Assembly: GCA_040768605.1 (NCBI GenBank)
Contig: JAXGMP010000004.1
Coordinates: 176,141 to 240,140, forward strand
Direction: 5' to 3'
Length of the DNA stretch: 64,000 bases
Source of the DNA: Anaerolineae bacterium
Lineage (GTDB): Bacteria > Chloroflexota > Anaerolineae > UBA1429
A program made the translations under genes and the position numbers. The notes below the pieces were generated by a model. That model saw nothing but the letters and a program-made list of their open reading frames with translations. It ran no database searches and was not told the DNA's origin. Of this stretch, positions 61,121 through 64,000 are shown piece after piece. Each line of letters begins with the position of its first letter. Position 1 is the first letter of the stretch.

Positions 61121-62212
61121 TTACTCCGGACGGAGCGCCACGCGCATGACGTCGTCTCCGGTGGCCGCGTCTGAAAAGCCCTGCTCCCACTGCGACAGCG
61201 GGTACACGCGCGTCAACAGCGGCTTGAGGTTGATCTGCCCGCGGGCGGCCATGGCCACCGCCGTCTTCCACGACGTCCAGTTGTGCGAGATCTCGCCGTA
61301 CAGCGTCAGCTCTTTGACGATGACCGGCCAGGTGTGCAGCGGAATGGTCACCCCGCCGCGGATGCCGCCGCCAGAGATCATGATCCGGCCGCCCGGCCGG
61401 GCGATCTCGATGGCCTGCTCGACGGCCGAGGCCACGCCGGCGTTCTCCACCACCACGTCGAACCCCTGCCCGCCGGTCAGTTCCTTGGCCGCGGCGATGA
61501 GGTCCTCCTCGTCGACGTTCACCACCCGATCGGCGCCCAGCTCCTTGGCCAGCGGCAGGCGGATACGGGCATCGCGCTGGATGCCCGAGACGAGCACCGG
61601 CCGCGCCCCCGCCGCCAGCGCTAGCTGCAGCAGGATCTGCCCGCGGGCGCCGGGGCCCAGGATCGCCACCGACTCGCCGGCGCGCAGCTCCAGCCGCTCG
61701 TACAGGCAGTGCACGCTGCCGGCGGTGGCCTCCATCAGGACGGCCTCCTCCGAGGTGACGTTGTCGGGCAGGATGTGCAGCGCCGAATCTCGCCAGGCGA
61801 CCCACGGCGCAAAGGCCCCGCCCTCGGTGTAGTGGATGCGCCCGTCCTTGGGCGGCGTGTTCACGCAGATGTTGATGCGGCCGGCGCGGCAGTTCACGCA
61901 CTCGCCGCAATAGTTGGTGACGATCTCCCCCACCACGCGGTCGCCGGGCTTGACGCGCGTCACCGCCGGGCCCACGGCGCGGACGGTGCCGACCATCTCA
62001 TGCCCGCCCACCACGGCCTTGGAGGGGCCGGCCAGGCGCGTCCCAGCGGCCACGTGCCAGCCGTGCACGTCGCTGCCGCAGATGCCGCAGTAGGCCACCT
62101 CGATCAGCACGTCGTGCGGGGCATAGCGGCCGGCGCCCAGGCGCGGCTCGGGAACCTCGTCGAGCGAGTAGTGCCCATCGGGATACAGTACCAGACCTTT
62201 CATCGGTTTCAC
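61121..62212 (-). CDS. zinc-dependent alcohol/polyol dehydrogenase (MDR family)
   Basis: CGICGSDVH, GHEMVGTV, CGECVNCRAGRINIC, ILGPGARG. Confidence 0.8.
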   Translation of the reverse strand: MKPMKGLVLYPDGHYSLDEVPEPRLGAGRYAPHDVLIEVAYCGICGSDVHGWHVAAGTRLAGPSKAVVGGHEMVGTVRAVGPAVTRVKPGDRVVGEIVTNYCGECVNCRAGRINICVNTPPKDGRIHYTEGGAFAPWVAWRDSALHILPDNVTSEEAVLMEATAGSVHCLYERLELRAGESVAILGPGARGQILLQLALAAGARPVLVSGIQRDARIRLPLAKELGADRVVNVDEEDLIAAAKELTGGQGFDVVVENAGVASAVEQAIEIARPGGRIMISGGGIRGGVTIPLHTWPVIVKELTLYGEISHNWTSWKTAVAMAARGQINLKPLLTRVYPLSQWEQGFSDAATGDDVMRVALRPE

Positions 62213-62267
62213 CTTTCGCTACGCATCCTGCCAATCGGCCCGACATTAGTGCGCGAGGGTCTCGTGG

Positions 62268-63188
62268 TCAAGCGCTGGCGGCGTGCTCCGCCAGGACGGC
62301 CGCGATGGCCCGGCGCGCGATGCCGGCCAGCACGGGGTTGGTGTCTTGGTAGTAGGGGAGGGCGACGAGGCCCATCCACAGCGCCCAGCCCCGCCCGCGC
62401 GCCCAGGTGGCCTCGTCAACCGCTACCGCAGCGCGGAAGGCCGCGCGGCTCTCCCCGGCAAGGAGGTTCCAGGCCACCATCAGGTCGCAGGCCGGGTCGC
62501 CCACGCCCAGGCAGCCGAAATCGATCACGGCGCTGAGGCGCCCCTCCACGGCCAGCAGGTTGCCTGACTGCAGGTCCCCGTGGATCCAGACGGGCTCCCC
62601 GCGCCAGGCAGGCGCGGCCAGGGCCGCCTCCCAGGCGGCCCTGAGGGCGGCGCCGTCGTACAGCCCGTCGAGGGAGGCGATCCCCGCGCGGGCCGACGCA
62701 TCGCGCGCGGCCAGCGGCTCGCCGCGGCGCGAGTTGTGCTCCCCGGGGGGCGGCCCGCCGGCCGCGTCGACCTGCCGAAGCGCCCCCACGAACCCGGCCA
62801 GGTCCTCCGCTGCCTGGCAGGGGTCGGCCAAGTGATCCCAGGTGGCGTTGACGCCTGCCAGCCAGGGGTAGACGCCCCAATGCCAGGGGTAGCCCTCGGC
62901 CGGCTTCCCCACCGCCAGCGGCACCGGGATGGCCAGCGGCAGGTGGGGCGCCAGCCGGGGCAGCCAGCGGTGCTCCTTCTCCACCTGGCCCACGGCCCAG
63001 CCGATGCGCGGCAGCCGCACGGCCAGGCTCTCGCCCAGGCGGTAGATGGCATTGTCGGTGCCAGAACTGGGGCACGGCGCGATGGGCAGCCCCGCCCACT
63101 GCGGGAACTGCGCCTCGAGCAGCCGGCGTACCAGGGCGACGTCGGTCGCCACCTCGTCGGCGTGCATCTTGCGTACGGACATGGGCAT
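62268..63188 (-). CDS. aminoglycoside phosphotransferase (APH)-family kinase
   Basis: SGTDNAIYRLG near the N-terminus. Catalytic WIHGDLQSGNLL and VIDFGCLGVGDPACDL. Confidence 0.75.
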   Translation of the reverse strand: MPMSVRKMHADEVATDVALVRRLLEAQFPQWAGLPIAPCPSSGTDNAIYRLGESLAVRLPRIGWAVGQVEKEHRWLPRLAPHLPLAIPVPLAVGKPAEGYPWHWGVYPWLAGVNATWDHLADPCQAAEDLAGFVGALRQVDAAGGPPPGEHNSRRGEPLAARDASARAGIASLDGLYDGAALRAAWEAALAAPAWRGEPVWIHGDLQSGNLLAVEGRLSAVIDFGCLGVGDPACDLMVAWNLLAGESRAAFRAAVAVDEATWARGRGWALWMGLVALPYYQDTNPVLAGIARRAIAAVLAEHAASA

Positions 63189-63263
63189 CCCTCCTCGGCC
63201 GGGGCGTGGGCACCCGCGCAGTATAGACGCACGGGCCCGGCGCGCCCAATACGGCGGCCGGCC

Positions 63264-63326
63264 GCTGGCGCGACACGCGCTGGCGCGACACGCGCTGGCG
63301 CCGCACGCGCTGGCGCCGCAAGCGCT
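63264..63326. repeat. tandem 15-nt repeat GCTGGCGCGACACGC, about 4 copies
   Basis: Read directly. The units contain the dyad GCGCG-ACA-CGCGC. The array lies in a divergent intergenic region. Confidence 0.9.
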
Positions 63327-63468
63327 AGCATCACGGGGGCCGGGGCCCTATACTGTCGTTGCCCCTCCGCACCCGGCGCAGCGCCCGCCGGCGCTCGGTG
63401 TAGGCAGGGCGCGCCTTCCTGGGGGAATCCGGCCCGGCGGGCGGCACGTGGAGAAAGGGAGCAAGGCT

Positions 63469-64000
63469 ATGGCTACGCTGTTCGAGTCCACGGCGACGGA
63501 ATGGATCGTGCGGGAACGGGCCCCCTCGGGCGCGCAGATTCACCAGCTCACCTCGGCCCCCGCGATCAACGACCACGAGTATTTTGAGGTGCCCTATATG
63601 GACGCCTCCTCCCGCTACGTCATGTTCACCCGCATGCACGACTCGATCGGCCCCGTCGGCCTCTGGCGCGCCGACCTGGAGCGCCGCCTGGTTACCAAGG
63701 TCGCCGAGACCACCGGCCGCATGCGCGGCCACGCCGTCTCGCCGGACCAGCGCTTCTTCTACTACACCGACCTGCGCGACGGCCGCTCGTACGAGCTGGT
63801 CGAGCTGGACATCACCACCCTCGAGAGGCGCGCCTGGGCGTTTGACGATGACCGCTTCCTGCCGCGCACGCGCGGGTCCGTCACGCCCGACCGCCGCTAC
63901 TACATCAACTCCGCCTACCTGGGCAACAAGCGCTTCGGCATCTGGCGGCTGGACATGGAGTCCGGCGAGAGGCAACTGCTCTGGGAGCAGGGCGAGGACA
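63469..64000 (+). CDS. partial CDS; possible beta-propeller protein (oligogalacturonate-lyase/TolB-like?)
   Basis: ATG at 63469 follows GAGAAAGGGAG. MATLFESTATEWIVRERAPSGAQIHQLTSAPAINDHEYFEVPYMD... stays open to the window end. It is not in the ORF track because it is truncated. Confidence 0.45.
   Translation, partial: MATLFESTATEWIVRERAPSGAQIHQLTSAPAINDHEYFEVPYMDASSRYVMFTRMHDSIGPVGLWRADLERRLVTKVAETTGRMRGHAVSPDQRFFYYTDLRDGRSYELVELDITTLERRAWAFDDDRFLPRTRGSVTPDRRYYINSAYLGNKRFGIWRLDMESGERQLLWEQGED

Overview
The window is visibly GC-rich bacterial chromosome. I saw no rRNA, tRNA, CRISPR array or transposase gene. The dispersed repeats and the secreted-protein motifs suggest a Chloroflexota-like organism, but that is only an impression.

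From left to right the window contains:
1. 1-5.5 kb: a minus-strand array of rhs-type polymorphic-toxin leftovers. It holds an N-terminally truncated RHS tail fused to an AHH (HNH/EndoVII-type) nuclease domain, three paralogous two-CxxC immunity genes, two further AHH C-terminal remnants and a second type of toxin-tip/partner pair.
2. 5.6-12.2 kb: a lipoprotein, an ICMT-like methyltransferase, a four-gene ABC importer and an MBL-fold hydrolase.
3. 12.3-13.2 kb: a 0.9 kb gene-free stretch filled with nested repeats.
4. 13.2-21 kb: a Vps62-like/membrane gene pair, a CAP-domain protein and a PBP-VWA / XpaC / PBP / TelA envelope-stress cluster.
5. 21-28.5 kb: a heparinase II/III-like gene, an 830 bp gene-free leader and a PotABCD-type ABC importer.
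6. 28.5-33.6 kb: two adjacent secreted plant-type LRR proteins.
7. 33.9-41.2 kb: a catabolic cluster interrupted by a vapBC module.
8. 41.4-51.0 kb: a compact five-gene BREX type-3-like defence operon. The order is BrxF-like, BrxC/PglY-like ATPase, PglXI-like methyltransferase, PglZ and BrxA-like. It has no helicase, its BrxF-like protein has no P-loop, and it is bracketed by two near-identical outward-facing promoter modules.
9. 51.1-64 kb: a SelA/DgaE-like PLP enzyme, a large GT-C-like membrane protein, a sugar-oxidoreductase cluster, a GNAT, msrP, an alcohol dehydrogenase, an APH-family kinase and a partial beta-propeller-like gene.

Many long ORFs in the six-frame track are Arg/Gly/Pro-rich antisense shadows of the real genes and were not annotated. 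All family assignments rest on motifs I recognised by eye, not on database searches.
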